From Candidatus Sericytochromatia bacterium (GTDB lineage: Bacteria > Cyanobacteriota > Sericytochromatia > S15B-MN24 > VGJW01): DNA of 64,000 bases. Where the stretch lies: assembly GCA_035285865.1 (NCBI GenBank), contig JAYKHS010000026.1:1-64000 (forward strand). The letters run 5' to 3'. Of the stretch, positions 1 through 8,486 are shown one piece after another (position 1 is the stretch's first letter; each line of letters begins with the position of its first letter). The translations under genes were made by a program, and so were the position numbers. The notes under the pieces were generated by a model. It had not been told where the DNA came from and ran no database searches. It was given only the letters and a program-made list of their open reading frames with translations.

Positions 1-65
1 ATGACTCACAGGTCGATCAGGGCCAATCGGGCACCTGCAAAAGTCTCTTGCCTCTGTTGTCGAAG

Positions 66-108
66 CGACCCCCCGGTGTCTGGCGAAAGCCAAGGCATCG
101 GGGGGTTG
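66..108 (+). other. Long GAAA-capped RNA hairpin (terminator or 3' part of an upstream ncRNA/leader)
   Basis: cgaccccccggtgtc-tggc GAAA gcca-aggcatcggggggttg folds into an ~19-bp stem. Mismatches are G.U pairs on the + strand. Confidence 0.5.
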
Positions 109-202
109 TGCTTTGGGGGGTGTGTGGTGGAGGTGGGCGGGTATGTACCCTATTAGCCCGAATGGCGGGCTGTGCCCATTCCTTCCGGAGGATCCCGTCA
201 CC

Positions 203-808
203 TTGTTGCTCGCTCTTGCAGACTTCGCTGCCCCCATGCCCTCTCAGGCTGCCGTCGCGGCACCCTTTCAGGTCGCCCAGATCGTGCGCTCCGGCGGTAC
301 GGGATCGGGAAGCACACCGGAGGCCTCGGCCCCTGCTGCCAATCTCGGGACCAACATCGTGGCTCCCACTCTTGCGGGTGGGCCGCTGACCCGGGCGCAC
401 AACCTCGGTTTCCAGTTTTCCAACATTGCCGGCTCCGGTCTCACCTATCGGAACTGGTCCAGTTCGGCCTTCGGCTTTGCGCTTTCCGTCTTTCCCCAAC
501 AGGAGACGGTGGGCGGCGTGACCAAGGGACTCCTGAACTACGGAGGCCAGCTGATGTTGCCCTTCTACAACAGTGGCACTTCGCGCCTTTACGGCCTTCT
601 CGCCGGTGGCGTGGGCGATCTGCCGGAATCCCGCGATACCAACATCGCCCCTGGCGTCGGGGCCGACTACGTGCTGGGTGACCAGTTCATCCTGAACGTT
701 GGAGTCGGCCTCTCCAGCTATACCAGCACGCCCAAGCCAGGCTCGGCAGCCGCTTCGCGCTCGGGAATGGTCTTCGGATACACGCTGGGTGCGCAGTTCT
801 GCTTCTGA
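203..808 (+). CDS. Putative outer-membrane beta-barrel / exported protein
   Basis: GGAGG at 187-191 precedes TTG 203 (start uncertain). Alternating hydrophobic, Gly/aromatic-rich strands and a C-terminal Phe (YTLGAQFCF) typical of BAM substrates. Confidence 0.6.
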   Translation: MLLALADFAAPMPSQAAVAAPFQVAQIVRSGGTGSGSTPEASAPAANLGTNIVAPTLAGGPLTRAHNLGFQFSNIAGSGLTYRNWSSSAFGFALSVFPQQETVGGVTKGLLNYGGQLMLPFYNSGTSRLYGLLAGGVGDLPESRDTNIAPGVGADYVLGDQFILNVGVGLSSYTSTPKPGSAAASRSGMVFGYTLGAQFCF

Positions 809-831
809 GCAGTCAGGCGTACCACTGCTGA

Positions 832-868
832 AGAAGAGGCCCCCCGGACTTTCCGGGGGGCCTCTTCT
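832..868. terminator. Bidirectional intrinsic terminator-like hairpin
   Basis: Perfect inverted repeat agaagaggccccccgga-ctt-tccggggggcctcttct between two convergent genes. Confidence 0.8.
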
Positions 869-881
869 CGTTACGGGCGGA

Positions 882-1346
882 TCAGTGGGGCTGACGCAGC
901 ATCTTGCGCACTTCGTCGATGTGCTCGGTTTCACCCCGCACCATCTCCCGGGCGAGTTCTTCCAGAGCGATGTCTCCGTCGCGGGATGCGAAGTCGGCCA
1001 GCTGCTTGTAGAGCTTGAGGGCCTCGAGCTCGTGGTGGAGACTCTCTTCGAGGATGGCATTGATGCCGTGCTGGTTCGTCTCCTCGACGGACTGCGAGAG
1101 CAGGGGGGGGTGGCCACCATAAGAGGTGATCTTCTCGCCAATCAGGGTGGCGTGCGTCTGGCTCTCGGTGGCCTGGTTGCGGAACCAAGCCTGGATGGGA
1201 ATGCGATTGTGGCCCATCACCATGAACGAGTAATGCAGGTAACGGATGATCCCGGCCATCTCTGCCTGGTAAATGCGGTGCAGGCACTGCATCGCGTCCT
1301 CGGAGAGCGTAACGAATGCCTTGGCATCCAGTGCGACCATGGTCAT
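882..1346 (-). CDS. Ferritin-like / bacterioferritin-family protein
   Basis: AGGAGG RBS before ATG 1346. Four-helix ferritin motifs YQAEM..RYLHYS, ESQTHA, HELEAL..Y, ETEHIDEV. Confidence 0.85.
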   Translation of the reverse strand: MTMVALDAKAFVTLSEDAMQCLHRIYQAEMAGIIRYLHYSFMVMGHNRIPIQAWFRNQATESQTHATLIGEKITSYGGHPPLLSQSVEETNQHGINAILEESLHHELEALKLYKQLADFASRDGDIALEELAREMVRGETEHIDEVRKMLRQPH

Positions 1347-1366
1347 GAAATCCTCCTGATCAGTGA

Positions 1367-1439
1367 TGGGCGGTGAGGGACTCGAACCCGCGACATCCTC
1401 GGTGTAAACGAGGCGCTCTACCAGCTGAGCTAACCGCCC
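1367..1439 (-). tRNA. tRNA-Val(TAC)
   Basis: GGGCGGTTAGCTCAGCTGGTAGAGCGCCTCGTTTACACCGAGGATGTCGCGGGTTCGAGTCCCTCACCGCCCA. Cloverleaf with anticodon TAC and TTCGA T-loop. CCA not encoded. Confidence 0.97.
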
Positions 1440-1449
1440 CCGTCGTTTC

Positions 1450-1458
1450 ATGTTAGCA
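1450..1458 (-). promoter_or_regulatory. Extended -10 promoter for tRNA-Val/ferritin
   Basis: TGcTAACAT ending ~10 nt upstream of the tRNA 5' end. Confidence 0.5.
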
Positions 1459-2241
1459 GGAACCGACGTTTCGGAGTTCGCTCAGGATGCTGGCGGTACG
1501 TACATTGGGCAGGTTGTCGTAGGTGGGTACCAGGACCAGCTTCTCCGGTAACAGGCTTGCGGCCACAGCCACGGCCGGGTCATTGGTGTCCATGAACGCA
1601 AGGCACCTTGCGCCGGCGTTCATGGCCGAGCCGATGACGCCGTGATCCCCCACGACGAGGTCAACGCGTCGTCCGACAAGCGTGCCGTCGAGGATGCTCG
1701 TGCTGTGGCTGTGCAAGGCCCCGCAGCCATCACTGAGTACGGCGACTCCCCCGAGATCGTCGACCCAGCCGTCTACGGCGGCCCCCTCGAGTGCGGCAGG
1801 GGGGATGACATGGCCACCTAACGTGGACACCCGATCGGCGAGCTGCCGGTAGAGCTCGAGCATCGCTCCGGGATGGCCGGTCCCGAATGATACGTTTCCG
1901 CCCGCCATCGCCACCTCATCCAGCAGCCGGATGGCCCTTGTCCAGTGCCGTGCCGCGTGCTCTGCGGCGATGGTTCCCGGTCCGGACTGGAACCGCTCGG
2001 GTAGGGTTTCCCCCAAGGCGGCGCAGACCGTATCGATGATGCTGCTACGATCTGGCGTCTGCTTTCGCCATCGCTCGGTCAGGGCATTGATCCCGAACGT
2101 ATAGAAGGGGTCTCCGTTTCTCATGCGGTCGATGGCCCTGAGGTTGGCACTGGCCGGATTCGGTGTCTGGCCGGCGAGACCCAGTGTCTCGAGGCGTCGG
2201 GCCAGTCGGGCGAGGCCGAGCATCTCCGGGTCAGGCAACAT
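1453..2241 (-). CDS. Putative phosphatase (actinobacterial 'Phosphatase' family-like, non-HAD)
   Basis: Motifs FGTGHPG, HSHS, DLVVGDHG and MDTNDPA resemble, from memory, the actinobacterial phosphatase family (F[AG]TGHPG..HTHS..ADHG..DxNDPA). Overlaps the 3' end of the GT20 gene. Confidence 0.6.
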   Translation of the reverse strand: MLPDPEMLGLARLARRLETLGLAGQTPNPASANLRAIDRMRNGDPFYTFGINALTERWRKQTPDRSSIIDTVCAALGETLPERFQSGPGTIAAEHAARHWTRAIRLLDEVAMAGGNVSFGTGHPGAMLELYRQLADRVSTLGGHVIPPAALEGAAVDGWVDDLGGVAVLSDGCGALHSHSTSILDGTLVGRRVDLVVGDHGVIGSAMNAGARCLAFMDTNDPAVAVAASLLPEKLVLVPTYDNLPNVRTASILSELRNVGSC

Positions 2242-3583
2242 GACGCGTCCCGGAGCAGGGGCGCTCGGCGCTGGACAGTTGGCTGGCGAGCCACGTGACC
2301 GGTGCTTCGCGCAGCATCCGGCAGCGCATGCGTTCCGAGCGGAGGTTTCGCTCGGCGGGACTCATGCAGAGCGCGCGCTCGAGTGCCCGCGCCATACCGT
2401 CGGTATCGAGCGGATGGACCTCGAGGCAGTCGGGTTGCAGTGCTTGCCACGCGCCCATGTGGGTCGATGCCACGATGACACCCGCGTTGCGATTGAGGAG
2501 CGCACCTTCCTTGGCGACCAGGTTCATGCCATCGGCCAGCGGCGCTACCAGGAGGATGTCGTAGCCTTCTAGGGCCATCAAGGCACGGTCGCGGTCGTCC
2601 TCTTCGCGAAGGGAGGCCCGGAGTCCGGCTTGACCCCATCGATGCGACAGGGCGGCCATGCCCGCACGAATTTCGGCCTGACACTTCCTGTAGGTCGGCG
2701 ATTCCTGCCGGCTCTCGGGGGCAAGGCAGAGGATGGACAGACCGGAGCTCAGGTCGGGGCGTCTGGCGAGCAGGCGGTCTATGGCATCGATGCTGCGCGG
2801 GAGGTTCTTGCTGGGGTCGCCGCGCCCGACCAGCAGAATGCGTCTGCCGCCTCCGGGCCATGGATTCGCGCGGTCGGCACGCGACCGCAGTTCTCGCGCG
2901 GTGCGCAGAAGATGCTCGGGGTCGATCGGCACGGGATGGGTTTCGACACGGCCTCTTCGACGCGTCCCCCAGGTCCGTTCTCCACTCAGCAGATCCTCCA
3001 TCTTCGTCTTGTCGCCAGGGGTTTGCACGCCCACCAGATCGGCGGCACCGAGGCCTAATCCAAGGGCCGTGCGAATGTCCGGGGGCAGCCAGCGCCAAGC
3101 TCCTGTCTCGGGCACCGGAACGTGCAGGTAGAAGAGGATGCCGCAGTCCGGTCGTAGCTGTCGCAACATCCCGGGGACCAGCAGCAGTTGGTAGTCGTGG
3201 ATCTGGACCCACGCTCGGTCTTGAGGGAGCAGGGCGGCCAGGGTGTGCGCGATCCGGGAGTTGGCTTCCCGGTAGGCTGCGAAGCCTTGACGGGCACGGT
3301 CATCAAGGCTGTCACCCCCGGACGGGTCGAACCATCCGTGGCAGAGGGGCCAGAGGATGCGGTGGCACCAGGCATCCCGGTAGCCCGCAAGCTGATTCTC
3401 CGTGAGCGTCAGCTTGACGAGTTGCCGATCCGCACGAGCCTCGCCGTGGAACCCGATCCAGCCTGCCAGATGGCCCCCCTCCAGAAGGCCTGCCATCGAT
3501 GTTGCGAGACCGCCCCCGCCTGCCGGTGCCAGGGCCGGCAGGCGGTGCGCCGCGACCCAGGGCTTTTTCGGAACGTCCCACAT
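2231..3583 (-). CDS. otsA: GT20 trehalose-6-phosphate synthase-like glycosyltransferase
   Basis: HRLP, GGGGLAT, LWPLCH, IHDYQLLLVP, FYLHVPVP, RGDPSKN, DGMNLVAKEG. GAGGT RBS before ATG 3583. Exact substrate uncertain. Confidence 0.85.
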   Translation of the reverse strand: MWDVPKKPWVAAHRLPALAPAGGGGLATSMAGLLEGGHLAGWIGFHGEARADRQLVKLTLTENQLAGYRDAWCHRILWPLCHGWFDPSGGDSLDDRARQGFAAYREANSRIAHTLAALLPQDRAWVQIHDYQLLLVPGMLRQLRPDCGILFYLHVPVPETGAWRWLPPDIRTALGLGLGAADLVGVQTPGDKTKMEDLLSGERTWGTRRRGRVETHPVPIDPEHLLRTARELRSRADRANPWPGGGRRILLVGRGDPSKNLPRSIDAIDRLLARRPDLSSGLSILCLAPESRQESPTYRKCQAEIRAGMAALSHRWGQAGLRASLREEDDRDRALMALEGYDILLVAPLADGMNLVAKEGALLNRNAGVIVASTHMGAWQALQPDCLEVHPLDTDGMARALERALCMSPAERNLRSERMRCRMLREAPVTWLASQLSSAERPCSGTRHVA

Positions 3584-3733
3584 GGCAAGGCACCTCGGCT
3601 TTTCGAGACCCGATCGCACGGGCAGCGGCCGTCGCAGGATGCCGTGGTCACCGTGGCCTTTGCAAGGGGAGCGAGAGACGTTTGGGCCGTGATGGACAGC
3701 GACGCGTCAGGCCGTGCGGAGGAGCATGCCGGC

Positions 3734-4774
3734 ATGCCGTCCCCCCGAGTGCTGCTGCTCGCGCCTCCGTTCCTGTCGGTCCCCCCCGATGGTTATGGCG
3801 GCACAGAGCGGGTCGTTGCCGCGCTCGCAGCCGAGTTGCCTCGCCTGGGCTGGCGGGTGGAGGTCTTTGCGGCAGGGCATCCCGACAGTCCCTTCAGTCG
3901 CCCTGTCGGGCTGTCGCAACTCGGTGCGGACATGGAACGTGCCCATGTGGCCGCTGCAATGGCCACGATCAGGTCGAATCCCGGAAAGTTCGACATCGTT
4001 CACGATCACACGCGGACCGCAGCGCTCGAGGCCGGCATCGGCTTGCTTCGACCCATGGTGACGACCGTCCATAACGACGTGGATCCGGTGCGACAGGAGG
4101 CCTATCGTCATCTCGGTCCGGAGCGTCTCGTGTTCCTGTCTCATGCTCAGGCACGCCGTTACGGACGAGCGTCGGCGCAGGTCGTTCCGAATGGTATCGT
4201 GATGGCCGACTGGCCGCTGGGGAGTGGGCCTCGAGGTGAGCATGTGGTCTTCCTCGGACGCCTCTCTCGGGAAAAGGGGCCGCATCACGCCATCGACATT
4301 GCCCGGGCGCTCCGGGTCCCCCTGATCCTTGCTGGAGGTCGGGACCCCGGCCAGGGGGCGTTTTTCGAGGCGGAGCTGATGCCGAGACTGCGCGACCAGG
4401 ACGTGGTTCGCTGGGTCGGCGAAGTTTCAGGCCGTGCGCGGTGGCAGTTGCTGGCGGGGGCTCGCGCCTTGCTTTCCCCGCTGGATTGGGAGGAGCCTTT
4501 CGGCCTCGTTTTGCTCGAGTCGATGGCCTGCGGGACACCGGTCATCGTTACCGCGCGGGGGGCTGTACCCGAGGTGGTTGCGCATCGCGAGGCGGGATGG
4601 CTGGTTCGCGAACCGGGCGACTGGGCACGTGGGCTGGCGTGGGCGCGCGAGATTCGGCCCGAGCGGGTGCGTGCAGCCGTGGCCCGGAGCTTGTCTGCAT
4701 CGGAAATGGCCCGGCGGTATGTCGGGTGTTATGCGTCCCTGCTGGCGAGGGACGGTCGAAAGGAGCGGGCATGA
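3734..4774 (+). CDS. GT4 family glycosyltransferase
   Basis: VPPDGYGGTERVV, HDH, FLGRLSREKG, WEEPFGLVLLESMACGTPV. GGAGGAG RBS. Confidence 0.9.
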   Translation: MPSPRVLLLAPPFLSVPPDGYGGTERVVAALAAELPRLGWRVEVFAAGHPDSPFSRPVGLSQLGADMERAHVAAAMATIRSNPGKFDIVHDHTRTAALEAGIGLLRPMVTTVHNDVDPVRQEAYRHLGPERLVFLSHAQARRYGRASAQVVPNGIVMADWPLGSGPRGEHVVFLGRLSREKGPHHAIDIARALRVPLILAGGRDPGQGAFFEAELMPRLRDQDVVRWVGEVSGRARWQLLAGARALLSPLDWEEPFGLVLLESMACGTPVIVTARGAVPEVVAHREAGWLVREPGDWARGLAWAREIRPERVRAAVARSLSASEMARRYVGCYASLLARDGRKERA

Positions 4775-5058
4775 AGGGTTGGATCGTGGCCTTGGGCGCC
4801 CTGACAGGTGTCGTGGCCGGGGTGCTGCTGGCTCCCCAGCCCGGCAGGGCGCTTCGCGGAGCCGTGAAGCAACGGTTGCAGGATGGCGGGCGCAGTGTAC
4901 GGGGAAGGGCCGGGACCTGGGTAGGCCAAGTGGCCGGCGCCTTCCACCGCGCAGGAAATCGCCTGGAGCGGGTCGAGCACGCCGTGGTCCGGGGTACTCC
5001 CTTGGAGCCGCGGGTGCGCGCGGTCTTCGACCGTGCCGAAGGGGCGGCTCAGCGGTAG
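4771..5058 (+). CDS. YtxH-like small membrane-anchored protein
   Basis: GALTGVVAGVLLAPQPGRALR matches the YtxH N-terminal GxxxGxxxGLLxAPxxGxxxR pattern. ATGA overlap with the GT4 gene. Confidence 0.65.
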   Translation: MKGWIVALGALTGVVAGVLLAPQPGRALRGAVKQRLQDGGRSVRGRAGTWVGQVAGAFHRAGNRLERVEHAVVRGTPLEPRVRAVFDRAEGAAQR

Positions 5059-6449
5059 TAGGAGCCGAACCAGCGATCGGCATCCAGATCCGCCAGGGCC
5101 ACCGGATCGGTTGCCGCCACGAACAGGCCGCGCGCGTCGGTCGGCAGGACCTTGATGTCGACCGACGCCGCCGCAGCGACCTCTTCGACGGTTCGGTCAT
5201 CCAGCAGGGTCCTGCTCCCGGGCCGCAACATGATGTCGGGCAGCCAGACTTCACCCGTGATGCCCGCCTCCTGCAGACCGAGGATGAGGTCCTCACCAGT
5301 CCTGAGGCCCGTGACGGTGATGCTCGGGCCCCAGGTCCTCGACGCGATGGGTAGGAGCCGAACCTCAAGGCCCTCGACGGCATTGAGGCGCGCCACGATG
5401 GGTTCCATCACGCGGACGGCCGCAGGGCCCGTAAGGACCGTGACTTGGCGTGCCGGGGCGATGCGTGTGGGCAGGTTTCGAGCGAGGCGGTTCCAATCGT
5501 TGATGAGGAGCCTGCAGCCACCGACACCATCGCCGAGGTTGGTGTAGTCGCCGTAGTGGCGTTCGCCCGGAAAGGCCATGTCCGCGAGGATATAGAACTC
5601 ATCGGCAAGGCGAACCAGATCGTCGCCTCGTTCCTCTCGGAAGCGGCGTTGGAACGGGCGAACCTGACGGATGACTTCACGACACCATTCGGGAGTCGTG
5701 GCGGCGAGACCGGGAAGTGCGAGTGATTCCCGGAAGCGCGTGGCTCCGAAGGGCACGATGTTGATCGACAGCAGGCCCTCCCCCCAGCGGGTCACGAGTT
5801 CCTCCAGTGTCCGATCGAGCACGGCCCCGTCGTTCCGCTGGCGCACCAGCACGATCTGTGCGTGGAAGTCGATGCCCATGGCTACGAGCCGGTCCAGCTG
5901 AGTGTGCAGGCGTTCGGCCAAGGGCTGCCGAAGCATGGAGCGACGCAGCTCGGGATCCGTCGTGTGGATCGACACGTACAGGGGAGAGAGCCGAAGGGCC
6001 TCGATCCGCTTCCAGTCGCGTTCCGCAAGGTTCGTCATCGTGATGAAGTTGCCCTGCAGGAACGAGAGTCGATAGTCGTCGTCCTCGATGTAGAGGCTGT
6101 TCCGGAACTGACCCTCCGGCATCTGGTGGATGAAGCAGAACTCGCACTTGTTCGCGCACTGCCGGACCCGGTCGAAGACGGCTTCGTCGAAAGCCAGACC
6201 AAGGTCCTGGTCTTCCTCCTTCGTGATGGTCACGTCCCGTTCGCCATCGTCCCGCAGCAGGCGCAGGGTCACCTGGCGCTCGGTAATCGCGAAACGATAA
6301 TCGATCAAGTCCTGTAAAGGTTGATCGTTGACCGCGATCAGGCGATCGCCCATGGAGCAACCGGCCGCCGCAGCCAGGGAACCTGGTGCGACGGCCGTGA
6401 TGAGACCGCCCGTGGGCTGGCGGTCAGTCCTCGTCCTCGTTGATTCCAT
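5049..6449 (-). CDS. PDZ + radical SAM DUF512 (TIGR03279-like) Fe-S protein
   Basis: N-terminal PDZ-like segment, CxxxCxxC (CANKCEFC), DDDYRLSFLQGNFIT, LSPLYVSIH. Confidence 0.9.
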   Translation of the reverse strand: MESTRTRTDRQPTGGLITAVAPGSLAAAAGCSMGDRLIAVNDQPLQDLIDYRFAITERQVTLRLLRDDGERDVTITKEEDQDLGLAFDEAVFDRVRQCANKCEFCFIHQMPEGQFRNSLYIEDDDYRLSFLQGNFITMTNLAERDWKRIEALRLSPLYVSIHTTDPELRRSMLRQPLAERLHTQLDRLVAMGIDFHAQIVLVRQRNDGAVLDRTLEELVTRWGEGLLSINIVPFGATRFRESLALPGLAATTPEWCREVIRQVRPFQRRFREERGDDLVRLADEFYILADMAFPGERHYGDYTNLGDGVGGCRLLINDWNRLARNLPTRIAPARQVTVLTGPAAVRVMEPIVARLNAVEGLEVRLLPIASRTWGPSITVTGLRTGEDLILGLQEAGITGEVWLPDIMLRPGSRTLLDDRTVEEVAAAASVDIKVLPTDARGLFVAATDPVALADLDADRWFGSYYR

Positions 6450-7527
6450 CCGTGTCGCTGGATTCCTTCAGGGAGAGGGAGATGCGCTTCTCGTCGGGAC
6501 GGAACCGCTTGATGATGGCATTGACGGTCTGTCCGACTTCGACGACGTCCTCAGGACGCGCCACGTTGTCGCCCATCTCTGCGGTCGGCAGCAGGGCCTC
6601 GACACCCGGTTCGATCTCGACGAATGCACCGAAGGAAGCAAGCTTGGTGACCTTGCCGGGCACCTGCATGCCTTCGCTGAACTTCGCCGTGAGGCTGCTC
6701 CAGGGATCGTCTTGCAGCTGCTTCAGCGACAACGAGATCTTGTGCGCGTCGCGGTCGACCTTGAGCACCTTAAGGGTGACTTCATCGCCGATGTTCAGGA
6801 CGTGGCTGGGGTGCTGGATCCGCTGCCAGGAGATTTCCGAGATCGGGAGCAGGCCATCGATCCCGCCGAGATCGATGAAGGCACCGAAGTCGGCGATGCG
6901 GACAACCTTGCCGCTGATGATCTGGCCGACATCCAGTGTCTGCAGGATCTCGGCGCGCAGCTTGCCCTTCTCGGCGGCGACGGCCTGCCGGTGGGACAGG
7001 ATCAGCTTGTTGCGGCGCTGATCCACTTCGATGATCTTGAGCGGCACTTCGGTGCCGACGAGCTCGTCATGGGCACCCTTGGTGCGCAGCTGGGAGGCGG
7101 GGACGAAGCCGCGCAGCTTGTATGCGTCGACGATGATGCCGCCCTTGACGACACCGGTGACCCGAGCATGGATGACGGCCTCTTCCTCGAAGTCCTTCGT
7201 GGCCTGAACCCAACCACGGGCTTGGTCCACTCGCCGCTTGGAGAGTGTCAGCTGGCCATCCTCGTCCTCCTCGCGAAGGACATACAGCTCAAGCTCCTCG
7301 CCTTCGCGGATGTGGTCGTGGGGGTTGCCGACGGGACCGTTGGCCAATTCCTTCACGGGGATGAGGCCTTCGGACTTGCCGCCGACGTCGACCAACACTT
7401 GGTCGTGGGACACGCGGACGACGCGGCCGATCACGATGTCCCCGGGCTGGACATCGACAAAGGTGGAATCGTAATCGATGACCTCTTCGTCGAGGTCGGC
7501 CACGGCAATCGGATCAAGGGTGTTCAT
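6424..7527 (-). CDS. rpsA: 30S ribosomal protein S1 (short, 4 S1 domains)
   Basis: DVGGKSEGLIP, RGFVPASQL, DFGAFIDLGGIDGLL, FGAFVEIEPGVEALL. Confidence 0.93.
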   Translation of the reverse strand: MNTLDPIAVADLDEEVIDYDSTFVDVQPGDIVIGRVVRVSHDQVLVDVGGKSEGLIPVKELANGPVGNPHDHIREGEELELYVLREEDEDGQLTLSKRRVDQARGWVQATKDFEEEAVIHARVTGVVKGGIIVDAYKLRGFVPASQLRTKGAHDELVGTEVPLKIIEVDQRRNKLILSHRQAVAAEKGKLRAEILQTLDVGQIISGKVVRIADFGAFIDLGGIDGLLPISEISWQRIQHPSHVLNIGDEVTLKVLKVDRDAHKISLSLKQLQDDPWSSLTAKFSEGMQVPGKVTKLASFGAFVEIEPGVEALLPTAEMGDNVARPEDVVEVGQTVNAIIKRFRPDEKRISLSLKESSDTDGINEDED

Positions 7528-7584
7528 GGGGGGAGGGAAACCTGCTCTTCAAATGGATTCGGCGTCGATCAAACGCGCCATGCG

Positions 7585-7593
7585 ATTGTAGCA
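7585..7593 (-). promoter_or_regulatory. Extended -10 promoter upstream of rpsA
   Basis: TGcTACAAT ~58 nt upstream of the rpsA ATG. Confidence 0.55.
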
Positions 7594-7637
7594 TGCGCGG
7601 CGTGGCGGGAGGTGGCTGCTGGCTTGATGCTTGGCCT

Positions 7638-8486
7638 TCAGGCCAGGGCGAGCAGAGCTTCGCGGACTTCGGCGATGCCCGAGTCGGGGGTCGAGAGGCC
7701 GGAGGCCAGGCCAATGGTGCGGAAGCCCGCCAGCCAGTTGCTGTCGAGTTCGGCGGCCGTCTCCACCTGCAGCGTGGGGACGACGGAGCGGCACGCATCG
7801 GCAATCTGCCGGGTGTTGGCGCTGTGGTGCCCACCCACGACGACCATGGCATCCACGTCGCCGGCGAGCGCCATGGCTGCATCGATGCGCTTCTGCGTGA
7901 CGTCGCAAACCGTGTTGAAGACCCGCAGGTCCATGGACTTCATCGCGAGCAGGCCGATGATGTCGCGCGCCGGTGCCGGCGGGAAGGTGCTCTGGATGAC
8001 GACGCCGAGGCGAGCCTGCAGTCGGGGGAAGAGGCGATCCACGTCTTCCCTCGTCTGGCACACGGGCACTTGGCCGTAGTCCCCGGCCGTCAGGGCCTTG
8101 ACCTCGGGATGGTCGGCCTTGCCGATGACCGCCAGGGGATAGCCGGCCTTGCGGAGGGCCTCGGCGCGATGGTGCGTCCGCGTGACGAGCGGGCAGGTGG
8201 CATCGACCACTTGCCACCCGGCGTCACGGATCTGTCCCAGCTCACCCGGGGCAATGCCGTGCGTGCGCACCACGAGCGTGCCGGGCGTTTCCTGTTGCCA
8301 GGCCGCCACGTGCCGCAGGCCCTGGGCTTCGAGCGCCGCCACCTGCTGAGGGTTGTGGACCAGATGGCCGTACACGACAATGTCCCGGTTTTCCTGGCTG
8401 GCCGTAGCGCCGGCCTTTTCGGCAAGGCGCACGGCGCGCTCGACTCCGTGGCAGAATCCCGTTGCTTCAGCCTCGATGACCTTCAT
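7638..8486 (-). CDS. ispH: 4-hydroxy-3-methylbut-2-enyl diphosphate reductase
   Basis: GFCHGVERAV, LVHN, DATCPLV, HPEV, NTVC, SANT. Confidence 0.95.
   Translation of the reverse strand: MKVIEAEATGFCHGVERAVRLAEKAGATASQENRDIVVYGHLVHNPQQVAALEAQGLRHVAAWQQETPGTLVVRTHGIAPGELGQIRDAGWQVVDATCPLVTRTHHRAEALRKAGYPLAVIGKADHPEVKALTAGDYGQVPVCQTREDVDRLFPRLQARLGVVIQSTFPPAPARDIIGLLAMKSMDLRVFNTVCDVTQKRIDAAMALAGDVDAMVVVGGHHSANTRQIADACRSVVPTLQVETAAELDSNWLAGFRTIGLASGLSTPDSGIAEVREALLALA

Noticed and set aside
1367..1439. tRNA as an integration site for a genomic island
   Set aside because: No integrase, no duplicated tRNA 3' end and no compositional shift seen in the window.
1347..1451. N-terminal extension of the ferritin ORF (MKRRGRLAQLVERLVYTEDV...)
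   Set aside because: It is the translated tRNA-Val sequence. The real start is ATG 1346 with an AGGAGG RBS.
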